Positions 27,437 to 36,136 of a DNA stretch of 64,000 nucleotides are shown in pieces. The DNA lies in NCBI GenBank assembly GCA_044220975.1, contig JBGAPZ010000019.1, forward strand, positions 2,138 through 66,137. Direction: 5' to 3'. Positions within the stretch are counted from its first letter, which is position 1, and each line of letters opens with the position of its first letter. Below the pieces are notes generated by a model. That model was given only the letters and a program-made list of their open reading frames with translations, was not told where the DNA came from and ran no database searches. Both the position numbers and the translations under genes were made by a program. The stretch comes from Micropepsaceae bacterium. GTDB taxonomy: Bacteria; Pseudomonadota; Alphaproteobacteria; Micropepsales; Micropepsaceae.

Positions 27437-27883
27437 TTAATCCGGGATTTCGGCTTCGACGAGTTTGGCTAGCAACGTCAGCGATTCCTGCCAACCGAGG
27501 TAGCAAGCCTCCGGCGGTATCATGGCCGGGATGCCCGATTGCTCAATCTGGACTTCGGTGCCGACCGAAACCTTCGATAACGCGATCGTCGTGATCATTT
27601 CGCCGGGCAGATTCGGGTCGTCGAAGACGTCGGTGTAACGCAGGCGTTCGTTCGGCGAGAGCTCTAGATACTTTCCGCCGAACGAATGGCTCTTGCCGTT
27701 CGTGAAGTTCGTGAAGCTCATTTTGTAGGTGCCGCCGACTTTCGCGTCCATGTGATGAACCTTGCCGGTGAAACCGTTCGGCGGCAGCCACTTCGCCATC
27801 GCGTCGGGGTCGAGGAAGGCGCGGTAAATCCGCGAGGCGGGTGCGCGTAACACGCGGTGGAAGCGGACGGTGTTCGTGGTCAT
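27437..27883 (-). CDS. SRPBCC/AHSA1-domain protein
   Basis: RVLRAPASRIYRAFLDPDAMAKWLPP. Confidence 0.75.
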   Translation of the reverse strand: MTTNTVRFHRVLRAPASRIYRAFLDPDAMAKWLPPNGFTGKVHHMDAKVGGTYKMSFTNFTNGKSHSFGGKYLELSPNERLRYTDVFDDPNLPGEMITTIALSKVSVGTEVQIEQSGIPAMIPPEACYLGWQESLTLLAKLVEAEIPD

Positions 27884-27897
27884 GTGATTGTTCCTTG

Positions 27898-28320
27898 TCA
27901 GTGCGGTTTCTTGGTTTCAACGTGGCGAGCGAAGTTTTTCAGGATCGCCTGCCAGCCTTCGCGCTGCTGCTCGACCGAGTGCGTGTCTTCGCTGTCGAAG
28001 GTGACGCGAACGGCGACGCCGGATTTCACAGGCGCGAATTCGACTTGCGCCTTGCGGTCGCCGAAAGCGTATTCGATCAGCTTTTGATCGACGATCTTCG
28101 TGTACGTTCCGGCGAAATCGAAGCCGAAACTGCCGTCCTTCGCCTCCATGCGCGAACTGAAGGTCCCGCCCTCACGCAGATCGACGGTTGCGGCCGTCGT
28201 GTGCCAATCGTCGGATGCGGCGTTCCATTGCTTGATATCTTCGGGCGTCACATAGGCACGCCAGACCCTGTCGATCGGGGCGGCGACGGTGGTTTCGACG
28301 GTGATCTTTTCGTGGGACAT
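27898..28320 (-). CDS. SRPBCC/AHSA1-domain protein (paralogue of the previous gene)
   Basis: TTVAAPIDRVWRAYVTPEDIKQWN. Confidence 0.75.
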   Translation of the reverse strand: MSHEKITVETTVAAPIDRVWRAYVTPEDIKQWNAASDDWHTTAATVDLREGGTFSSRMEAKDGSFGFDFAGTYTKIVDQKLIEYAFGDRKAQVEFAPVKSGVAVRVTFDSEDTHSVEQQREGWQAILKNFARHVETKKPH

Positions 28321-28387
28321 ATTTTGTTTCTCCTTTGGATTGGTGGCTAGGCCGGCGTTGCCTTGCTGCAGATTTTTTCTGGTTCCG

Positions 28388-29002
28388 TCACTGCATCGGT
28401 TCCTTCTTGGATCCGGTGAACAAAAGCTCGATGTAGCGGCGCAAATGGTCGATGCTGTCGAGCGCCACGGCTGGGCCGCCGTTCGCTTTGGCGAGGATGA
28501 AGGCGCCTTGCAGTACTGCTTGGGTATGTAGAGCCAGGCTCATCGGTGTCCAGGCGCCTTTGACGCGATACTGGCGCTGCGCTTGCGCAATATCGTCTGC
28601 GAGTGTCGCGGCATGTCCGAATATGCTCGCCTCGCATGCGGCGCGAATGCCGTCGCTTGTGGCGAAGCTTTCTTGGACGGTCGTGCCCACGAAGCAGGTG
28701 AATTCCGCAGGCGCCCCGCGCAATAGTTCCCGGCGGAGGTCGATGTAGCCAAGGATGCGATCAAGCGGATCTTTGTGGGCGTGATAGGGCGCAGCCGCGA
28801 ACATGGCACCCGTCATCTGCGACCAATGGTTCGCCGCGGCGACGGCAAGCGCGTCCTTGCTTTCGAAGTGATGGAAGAACGCACCCTTCGTGACGCCGGC
28901 CTTGTGACAGAGTTCGTCGACCGAAGTTGCGGCGTAGCCTTGCGCGCGCACGACTTCGATCGCGGCGTCGAGAAGTTTGGTGCGGGCGGTCGGCTTGATC
29001 AT
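28388..29002 (-). CDS. TetR/AcrR-family transcriptional regulator
   Basis: N-terminal HTH LLDAAIEVVRAQGYAATSVDELCHKAGVTKGAFFHHFESKD. Confidence 0.85.
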   Translation of the reverse strand: MIKPTARTKLLDAAIEVVRAQGYAATSVDELCHKAGVTKGAFFHHFESKDALAVAAANHWSQMTGAMFAAAPYHAHKDPLDRILGYIDLRRELLRGAPAEFTCFVGTTVQESFATSDGIRAACEASIFGHAATLADDIAQAQRQYRVKGAWTPMSLALHTQAVLQGAFILAKANGGPAVALDSIDHLRRYIELLFTGSKKEPMQ

Positions 29003-29057
29003 TTTTTGAACATACCGACTGGTTGGTATGTTGTCAAACGGCTCAGTTTTCTGCGAT

Positions 29058-29615
29058 TTATTCTGCCAGCGCCTTGAAATAGGCGTTGAGAAAGATGTCG
29101 TCGGCGACGGGGCCCGCAGCGTCGAGCCAATAATCGGCGATCAAGGCTGGCGACAACGCGTCGATCGCGACCAGCGCTTTGCGTAGCGCGGCCAGGTGCG
29201 CAGGATCGTTCGTGCGCGCTTCGAACCAGATGCGCTCCACCAGATCGCCTTTCGGTTCGAGCTTTACGAAACACGTCGCGTCGAAGCCGAAGCAGTGCGC
29301 GTCCGTTTGGCTTTCAGCCAAGGGATCGTTGCGCCCCAACAAACCGGACCAGAAGCGGCGCACGCGCGGCAGTAACGGTCGAAGCGCGCCTTCAGCGGCA
29401 GCAAGCGTGAGGCCGGCATCGGCGAATGTCGTCGCCGGCGGTTTGATGACGTGAACGTTCGTCCAACCAGCGCCATCTGGCGCGCGATTGCGCGTGCCGG
29501 CATCGATGGCTTCTTGCACATCCGCTACAGCCTCGCCGTGGCCCGCCATCGCGTAGAGATTGCGCATCCCTTCGTCGTCTTCGTGGATTGCGATTTCTGA
29601 TTCGGGCGACGCCAT
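29058..29615 (-). CDS. Hypothetical protein
   Basis: 185-aa ORF, 3 nt downstream of the HAD gene on the same strand. No family recognised. Confidence 0.5.
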   Translation of the reverse strand: MASPESEIAIHEDDEGMRNLYAMAGHGEAVADVQEAIDAGTRNRAPDGAGWTNVHVIKPPATTFADAGLTLAAAEGALRPLLPRVRRFWSGLLGRNDPLAESQTDAHCFGFDATCFVKLEPKGDLVERIWFEARTNDPAHLAALRKALVAIDALSPALIADYWLDAAGPVADDIFLNAYFKALAE

Positions 29616-29618
29616 GGA

Positions 29619-30329
29619 TCACGCAGCGCGGTGCGCCGCGGCCATGGCGCCCAGCGTTGGGAACTCGAAGTTTAGTTTCGGCATGTTCTCGGCAGACTTT
29701 GTGGCGCCGGAGCCCAAGCCTTTGTCGCCGCGGCGGTTGATCCAGCAACGCGCGATGCCGGCCCGTTCGGCGGGGGCATGGTCGTGATAAAGGCTTTGGG
29801 CGGTGTGGAGTAGGTCGGCCTTCGTGTGACCCAGGCGTTGGACTGCGTTCAACAGATAGTCGAAGTTCCTCGGATCCGGCTTATAGGAGCCGATGTCTTC
29901 GGCCGTGCAGATTGCATCGAATTCGACCGCGAGGCGCTTGTTCGTTGCCGCGAAGTTTTGGCGATCGACGTTTGAGAGGATCACAAGCTTGTAGTGGCGT
30001 TTCAAATAGGCGAGCGCCTCGACGGTGTCGCTGAACGGGGGCCAAGTGCCGACGGAAAGGCCGAACGCCTTGTCCATCGCTTCCGTCGTTTTCAGATTCC
30101 AGCGCTGAGCGAGTTTTGTGTGCACGCGCGCGAGGATGTCGCGATAGGGCAGCGTTGGCGTTTCGTGTTCTTGTCCGGCTTCGACGAGGCCGAAGGTCGA
30201 AAGCGCCGTTTCGCGATCAATGTGCGACGTTTCGAGCAGTGGCTGTAGCGATGCCCAAAGGCCCGTCTCCCAATCGATTAGCGTGCCGTAGCAATCGAAG
30301 GAGAGGAGCTTGAAGTCGGCGAGCTTCAT
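29619..30329 (-). CDS. HAD-superfamily hydrolase (haloacid dehalogenase type II-like)
   Basis: LLSFDCYGTLIDWE (DxYGT motif I), ILSNVD and GSYKPD motifs. I chose the ATG at 30329; the longer ORF-track N-terminus is Arg-rich and implausible. Confidence 0.8.
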   Translation of the reverse strand: MKLADFKLLSFDCYGTLIDWETGLWASLQPLLETSHIDRETALSTFGLVEAGQEHETPTLPYRDILARVHTKLAQRWNLKTTEAMDKAFGLSVGTWPPFSDTVEALAYLKRHYKLVILSNVDRQNFAATNKRLAVEFDAICTAEDIGSYKPDPRNFDYLLNAVQRLGHTKADLLHTAQSLYHDHAPAERAGIARCWINRRGDKGLGSGATKSAENMPKLNFEFPTLGAMAAAHRAA

Positions 30330-30334
30330 GACGC

Positions 30335-31126
30335 TCAGTTCCCGGTGAACGTGGGTTTGCGCTTTTCGAAAAAAGCGCCAACCGCCTCGCGAAAATCCGC
30401 GCTGTGGGCGGCGAGCAGCCATTGATCGGCGTCCATGTGCATGATCGCTTGGTCGAGCGCGCCCGCGACGCGATTGATCGAGCGCTTGATCATTTGCACG
30501 GCGATCGGCGGCAGGGCTGCGTATTCCTCCGCCATCGCGCGGGCCGCGTCGTGCAGACCTTCGCGCGGAACGACTTCGTCGAGAAAACCCCAACCGTGAA
30601 GCGTTTCGGCGTCGAAGAACTTGCCGGACATGATCATGCGTTTCGCACGTGCGGGGCCGACCAGGTGTACGCAGACCGGGACGGCGTTCCACATCAGATT
30701 GATGCCGATCTTAACTTCGCCGTAGCCGATGCGCGCGTCATTCGCGCCGATGCGGAAATCGCAGGCGGTCGCAATGCAAGCGCCGCCACCCGTTGCGATG
30801 CCTTGCACGGCGCAGATCGTGGGCTGATGGACTTCCTGAAGTGCGCGCATCATCTGACCGCCGAGTTCGAGGCCGCGGCGACGCATGAGGATCGACTGTG
30901 GGTCGCCTTGAAAGCGAGATTGGCTGAGGTCGGCGCCGATCGAGAAGTCGCGGCCTTCGGCGCGCACGATGATCGCTCGCGTTTGTTCGTCCTTGGCGAA
31001 CGACTTTGCGATCTGCTCGATGTCTTCCATCATCTCGTTCGTGATGGCATTGCGTTTATCGGGACGGTTGAGCGTGACGGTTGCGATGTGGCGGTCGCGG
31101 GCGACATCGATAAGGCCGGTTGGCAT
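30335..31126 (-). CDS. Enoyl-CoA hydratase/isomerase-family protein
   Basis: ATVTLNRPDKRNAI and the crotonase fold. I chose the ATG at 31126. Confidence 0.85.
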   Translation of the reverse strand: MPTGLIDVARDRHIATVTLNRPDKRNAITNEMMEDIEQIAKSFAKDEQTRAIIVRAEGRDFSIGADLSQSRFQGDPQSILMRRRGLELGGQMMRALQEVHQPTICAVQGIATGGGACIATACDFRIGANDARIGYGEVKIGINLMWNAVPVCVHLVGPARAKRMIMSGKFFDAETLHGWGFLDEVVPREGLHDAARAMAEEYAALPPIAVQMIKRSINRVAGALDQAIMHMDADQWLLAAHSADFREAVGAFFEKRKPTFTGN

Positions 31127-31221
31127 GGGCGAATTCCTTTGCGGAACGAGAGCTTCCTTCGGGCGGCGTTGACAGGTCAAGCGCCCGGGCTCAGGTTTGC
31201 CCCGACACGAAGGACCTCGCG

Positions 31222-32331
31222 ATGCTGAAGACGCCGATCTCCGCCGACTCGCACATCACCGAGCCGCCGAACTGCTACAGCGACTATATCGATCCGAAGT
31301 ACCGCGAGCGGGCGCCGGTGATGAAACGGCTTGCAACGGTCGGCGACGCGTTCGTGATCGACGGGATGAGCCAACCGGTGCCGATGGGGTTGGTCGCTGC
31401 GGCAGGGAAAGAGCCGTCGAAGATCACGACGCACGGCGTCGCGTTCGAGGAGCTATGGCGCAGCGGCTGGGACGCGAACTACCGCGTGGCCGATCAAGAG
31501 AAGGACGGCGTTGCGGCCGAGATCATCTATCCCACGGTCGGGATGCTGATCTGCAATCACCCGGACTTCGACTACAAGAAGGCGTGCTTCGAAGCCTATA
31601 ACCGTTGGCTGCAGGAATATTGCGCGGTGGCGCCGGATCGCTTGTTCGGCATGGCGCAAGTTTCGATGCGCACGCCGGAAGACGGCGTTGCGGAGCTCAA
31701 GGCTGCGCACGCGATGGGATTTAAAGGCATCATGATGCCGGGAGATCCTGCCGTTGAAGACTACGATAGCAAAGTCTACGATCCGGTTTGGCAGACGGCG
31801 GTCGAACTCGGCCTACCGCTTTCGTTCCATATTCTGACCGGTCGTTCGACGGCGATCGACGCGAAGCCGCGTGGACCACGCATCAACGGGTTCTTGTCGA
31901 TCATCCGCGGCTGCCAAGACATCATGGGGACGTTGATCTTCGGCGGCGTGTTCGACCGGCATCCGAATTTGAAGATCGTCTGCGTTGAGGCCGACGCCGG
32001 GTGGGTGCCGCATTACATGTACCGCATGGATCATGCCTACAAGCGTCACCGCTACTGGATGAAGGCGCCGCCGCTGAAGAAACTGCCCAGCGAATATTTC
32101 GCCGAGCACATCTACGTCACATTCCAAGACGATTGGGTGGCGTTCAAAACAAAGGACTTGTGCAACGTGCGCCGGCTGATGTGGGCGAACGATTTTCCGC
32201 ACTCGGATTCGACGTGGCCTTGGTCGCAGGAGATGCTGGCCGAGCACGCGAGCTCGCTTACTGAGCAGGAGCGGAACTGGATCTGCCACGACAACGTGGC
32301 CGAGCTTTACGGGCTCAAGCTGGCGGCATGA
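31222..32331 (+). CDS. Amidohydrolase_2-family metal-dependent hydrolase/decarboxylase (ACMSD/LigW-like)
   Basis: ISADSHITEP N-terminus and WANDFPHSDSTWP C-terminal motif. Confidence 0.8.
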   Translation: MLKTPISADSHITEPPNCYSDYIDPKYRERAPVMKRLATVGDAFVIDGMSQPVPMGLVAAAGKEPSKITTHGVAFEELWRSGWDANYRVADQEKDGVAAEIIYPTVGMLICNHPDFDYKKACFEAYNRWLQEYCAVAPDRLFGMAQVSMRTPEDGVAELKAAHAMGFKGIMMPGDPAVEDYDSKVYDPVWQTAVELGLPLSFHILTGRSTAIDAKPRGPRINGFLSIIRGCQDIMGTLIFGGVFDRHPNLKIVCVEADAGWVPHYMYRMDHAYKRHRYWMKAPPLKKLPSEYFAEHIYVTFQDDWVAFKTKDLCNVRRLMWANDFPHSDSTWPWSQEMLAEHASSLTEQERNWICHDNVAELYGLKLAA

Positions 32332-32843
32332 ACGACCGCAGATTGCTGCAGGTTCTAGGTGTCGCGGCTGTCGTGGGCGGTGTGCTCAGGACGGTGTCCG
32401 CGTTCATTCCGTGGTACGCGAACAACCCGAAGATCGAAGCGCTGGCGTTCGTGGTCGATGTGTCTGTGCTGTTCGGACTGATGGGCGTCTACTTTGCGCA
32501 CCGCGAGCGGCTTGGGTGGTTTGGCTTTGTTGCTTTTCTGATCGCGGAGACGGGGATCGCGTCCATCGTCGGTCCCGATACTGTTGCGTTCGGTATCGAT
32601 ACATACTTGGCGGGCGTGCACGCGATTGCGATCGGGCTCGCTCTGCTCGGCGTTCAAATGCTGTTGCGGCGGACCGGCACAGCGGCGGCGGCGATCTGTT
32701 GGATTCTCTCGCCCATCGTTGGCCTTGGCGGCGGTGTCATAGGCCAAGGCGAGTTTGGGTTTTTCCTCGGCGGAATTCTGTTCGCGCTAGGCTTTGTGGC
32801 GGCGGGCGTCTCGCTTGTGACGCCCGCCGCCCAATCTGCCTAG
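32328..32843 (+). CDS. Hypothetical integral membrane protein
   Basis: 171-aa ORF with multiple TM helices. Its start overlaps the upstream stop. Confidence 0.5.
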   Translation: MNDRRLLQVLGVAAVVGGVLRTVSAFIPWYANNPKIEALAFVVDVSVLFGLMGVYFAHRERLGWFGFVAFLIAETGIASIVGPDTVAFGIDTYLAGVHAIAIGLALLGVQMLLRRTGTAAAAICWILSPIVGLGGGVIGQGEFGFFLGGILFALGFVAAGVSLVTPAAQSA

Positions 32844-34963
32844 GCGACCGGGAAGCCGCGGTCGCGCATGAGCGCGTTGGTGTCGACGTCGCGGCCGCGG
32901 AAGCGGCGGAACGCTTCGTCGGGCGGGATCGAGTTGCCGACGCTCGTGATCGAGGTTTCAAGAAGCTTGCAGGCCTCTTTGTTGTAGAGGCCGCCCTTTT
33001 CCTTGAACCCTTCGTATACATCGGCCGTCATCGCATCGGCCCAGATGTAGACGTAGTATCCGGCCGAGTAGCCGTCGCCCGAGAAGATGTGTCCGAATGC
33101 GGCCGCGGGGTGGCGCAGCACCATCTCTTTCGGCATCCCGATTTCCGCCATCGTCTTGGTCTCGAAGTCGGCGATGTCGATCGATGTGTCCGGCGTCGCC
33201 GTGGTGTGCAGCTTCATGTCGTAGATCGCATTCGCCAGATATTCGACCGTCTTGAAGCCTTGGTTGAAGTTCTTCGCGGCCAAGACCTTGTCGACGAGCT
33301 CTTTCGGGATCGGCTTGCCGGTTTCATGATGCAGCGCGAACTGGTTCAACACTTCCGGCGTCGAGAGCCAGTACTCGTTCACTTGGCTTGGGAACTCGAC
33401 GAAGTCGCGCTTCACGCTGGTGCCGGCGAGCGTCGGGTAAGCGACATTCGACAACAGACCGTGCAGGGCGTGGCCGAATTCGTGGAACATCGTCTCTGCG
33501 TCGTCCCACGACAGCAGCACCGGTTCGCCGGGCTTGCCCTTGATGAAGTTCGAGTTGTTCGAAACGATCGGCGTGAGTTCGCCCTTGAACTTCTCTTGCG
33601 TCCGGTACTCGTTCATCCAGGCGCCGGATTGCTTGCCCGCGCGCGCGTACGGGTCGAAATACCAAAGGCCGATGCGCTTGCCGCCGCGGCGAACTTCGTA
33701 GACCGACATGTCCGGGTGGTAAACCGGGATGCCCGAGAGCTTCACGAACTCGATGCCGTAGACTTGGCCCGCGGCCCAGAACATGCCGTCGCGAATCTTC
33801 TCAAGCTGGAAGTACTGCTTCACTTCGTTCTGATCGATGTCGTATTTCGCTTTACGGACCTTCTCCGCATAGTAGCGATAGTCCCACGGTTCGATCTTGA
33901 TCTTCGCGCCTTCTTTGTCGGCAAGCGCCTGCATGTCGGCGACTTCTTCCTTCACGCGGGCGACGGCTGCAGGCCAGACCTTCATCATCAGGCCCATCGC
34001 GGCCTCAGGCGTTTTCGCCATGTTGTCGGCCACAATCCAATGCGCGTGGCTTGGGAAGCCCAGCAGCTGCGCGCGTTCGGCGCGAAGCTTCAAGATATCG
34101 CTCGCGACTTGGCGGTTGTTGTTGGCGTTCTGGTTGTTGCCGCGCGCGTTCCACATGCGCCACGCCTTTTCGCGTAGATCGCGGCGGTCCGAAAAGGTGA
34201 GGAACGGATCGATCGACGAGCGCGTGTTCGCGAACACCCACTTGCCTTTTTGGGCGGCGGCTTCGCGGATCGACGGCGGAAGACCTGCAAGGTCGGCTTC
34301 GCTGTCCAAGGTCAGTGAGTAGTTCTCTTCGTCGGCGAGCTGATTCTGGCTGAACTTCGTGAACAACGAGGCAAGCTTTTGGTTGATGTCCTTCAGCTTC
34401 GCTTTCTTGTCCTTATCGAGTGCCGCGCCCTGACGCGCGAAGCGCGTGTAGTAGACGTCGGTCAGGCGCTGCTGCAGCGGGTCGAGATTCGACGAGGTGC
34501 GGCTGTCGTAGACGGCCTTGATGCGCGCGAACAATGCTTCGTTCTGAATGATCTCCGACCCGAAGGCGGACAGCACGGGCGACATTTCTTCTTCGATCTT
34601 CTGCATCGCCTTGTCGTTCATGGTCGACGTATAGACGCCGAAGAACGTCTGCACGCGGCCGAACGCGCGGCCCGAATCCTCGAACGGGATGATCGTGTTG
34701 TCGAACGTGGGTGCGGCCTTCGACACGGTGATGGCGTTGATTTCGCCGCGCAGCAGGTCCATCCCCTTTGTGAAGGCGGGTTTGAAGGTGGTGGTGTCGA
34801 CCTTATCAAAGCTCGGGATGCCGCCATTTGGGCCACCCCATGGGTCAAGTAGCGGTCCCAATGCTGCTCCTTTCTGTGCCTTTGCGGCGAGCGCGAGGCT
34901 CGGCGTGGTAACGGAGAGCGCGGCCGCTGCGGCGGCGCTTTGCAAGAACGAACGTCTTTTCAT
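32840..34963 (-). CDS. dcp: M3-family peptidyl-dipeptidase (Dcp-like) with a Tat-type signal peptide
   Basis: HEFGH zinc motif and an N-terminal MKRRSFLQSAAAAAAL. I chose the ATG at 34963. Confidence 0.9.
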   Translation of the reverse strand: MKRRSFLQSAAAAAALSVTTPSLALAAKAQKGAALGPLLDPWGGPNGGIPSFDKVDTTTFKPAFTKGMDLLRGEINAITVSKAAPTFDNTIIPFEDSGRAFGRVQTFFGVYTSTMNDKAMQKIEEEMSPVLSAFGSEIIQNEALFARIKAVYDSRTSSNLDPLQQRLTDVYYTRFARQGAALDKDKKAKLKDINQKLASLFTKFSQNQLADEENYSLTLDSEADLAGLPPSIREAAAQKGKWVFANTRSSIDPFLTFSDRRDLREKAWRMWNARGNNQNANNNRQVASDILKLRAERAQLLGFPSHAHWIVADNMAKTPEAAMGLMMKVWPAAVARVKEEVADMQALADKEGAKIKIEPWDYRYYAEKVRKAKYDIDQNEVKQYFQLEKIRDGMFWAAGQVYGIEFVKLSGIPVYHPDMSVYEVRRGGKRIGLWYFDPYARAGKQSGAWMNEYRTQEKFKGELTPIVSNNSNFIKGKPGEPVLLSWDDAETMFHEFGHALHGLLSNVAYPTLAGTSVKRDFVEFPSQVNEYWLSTPEVLNQFALHHETGKPIPKELVDKVLAAKNFNQGFKTVEYLANAIYDMKLHTTATPDTSIDIADFETKTMAEIGMPKEMVLRHPAAAFGHIFSGDGYSAGYYVYIWADAMTADVYEGFKEKGGLYNKEACKLLETSITSVGNSIPPDEAFRRFRGRDVDTNALMRDRGFPVA

Positions 34964-35018
34964 GTGGTGTGTCGGGCCGCACGTCACGTAACGCTGAGGT
35001 GAAAATGTTTCCGCGGGA

Positions 35019-35516
35019 TTGTTGGCCAAAACCCTTGATCGGCGGCCCGCGATCAGTACGTTGCTCGCCCGCCGGTTGTCAGCCAGAGAAAGACGTCCCT
35101 TGACCCCTATTCCCTCGTCGAACCTGATCGTGCGCAACGTTCCCGGGAAAGGGCGGTGCGTTTTTGCTGCGCGCGACATCGCGAAAGGGGCGCTGGTTTT
35201 GGCCGACCCCATCATTCTGGTGCCTGGGGACGAATCGGATCACACGGACCTGACGGTCGTCGGGCGCTATGTCTTTCAGTGGAACGACGAGGACGATTTG
35301 GCGGTCGTGCTTGGACTCGGGAGCCTCATCAATCACGGGCTGCCGGAGAACGTGGCGTTGGTGTCGAACTATGCCGACATGACGATGGAGTTCTACGCAA
35401 CCCGCGACATCAAGACGGGCGACGAGCTCGTCTACGACTATGGCCACGACCACGAGGAGCTGTCGGAGTACTACGGCATTCCGAAGGATGCCTTGGCCAA
35501 CGTCGCGCTCGATTGA
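35019..35516 (+). CDS. SET-domain protein (putative protein-lysine methyltransferase)
   Basis: GKGRCVFAARDIAKGALV...SLINHG...ELVYDYG. The start is uncertain (TTG at 35019). Confidence 0.6.
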   Translation: MLAKTLDRRPAISTLLARRLSARERRPLTPIPSSNLIVRNVPGKGRCVFAARDIAKGALVLADPIILVPGDESDHTDLTVVGRYVFQWNDEDDLAVVLGLGSLINHGLPENVALVSNYADMTMEFYATRDIKTGDELVYDYGHDHEELSEYYGIPKDALANVALD

Positions 35517-35978
35517 TCAGTCGCGCGGATCTTGCTTCTTTTCGAACCGGCCGAAGAAGCGGTGGTCGATCGCCGCACCCAGGGTGAGCAAGATCAGCAC
35601 CATCCCGGCCGCTATGAACGCGATCGCATATTCGCCAAGGCCGCAGACCACGCCGATCGCGGCGGTGACCCAAACGGACGCCGCCGTATTCAAGCGATGA
35701 ACGTTTCCGGTTTCGTCGCGCATGATCACGCCGGCGCCCAAGAAGCCGACGCCGGCCAACACACCTTGGATGACGCGGCTCACCGCATCGGGGGAATATA
35801 CGGCCGCAAAGCCCGACACGGAGATGGTCGCCAGCGAAGCGCCGAGTGCGACCAAACCCAGCATCCGCAAGCCCGCAGGCTTGCCATGCATATCGCGATT
35901 GATCCCGATCGCACCGCCGATGGTAGCTGCTAGTCCCATGCGGATCGTAAGTTCGGCGAGGTGGCCTAAGTCAGTCAT
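35517..35978 (-). CDS. mgtC: MgtC/SapB-family membrane protein
   Basis: RMGLAATIGGAIGINR and a 4-5 TM profile. Confidence 0.8.
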   Translation of the reverse strand: MTDLGHLAELTIRMGLAATIGGAIGINRDMHGKPAGLRMLGLVALGASLATISVSGFAAVYSPDAVSRVIQGVLAGVGFLGAGVIMRDETGNVHRLNTAASVWVTAAIGVVCGLGEYAIAFIAAGMVLILLTLGAAIDHRFFGRFEKKQDPRD

Positions 35979-36136
35979 GGTGCTCCGGCTGCGCGTTGTT
36001 GCAGATGCTCAGTATACGACGGTTGAGCATCATCACCCGAATCTAACGGCCTAATCGTTAACGGCAGCTTCGTTGCGCCGCTGACGGTTCTCTGAGACGC
36101 TTGTCGAATCGGATAGCTCCGAGGGAGAGAAGCGTC

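Noticed and set aside
32411-34177. 588-aa plus-strand ORF
   Set aside because: It is antisense to the Dcp peptidase gene (HEFGH motif on the minus strand). It has no recognisable domain and shows shadow-ORF composition.
35979-36136. Possible Mg2+ (M-box) riboswitch or other leader upstream of mgtC
   Set aside because: The region is short for an M-box once the promoter is accounted for, and I could not recognise conserved M-box elements by eye. Only the inverted repeat is reported.
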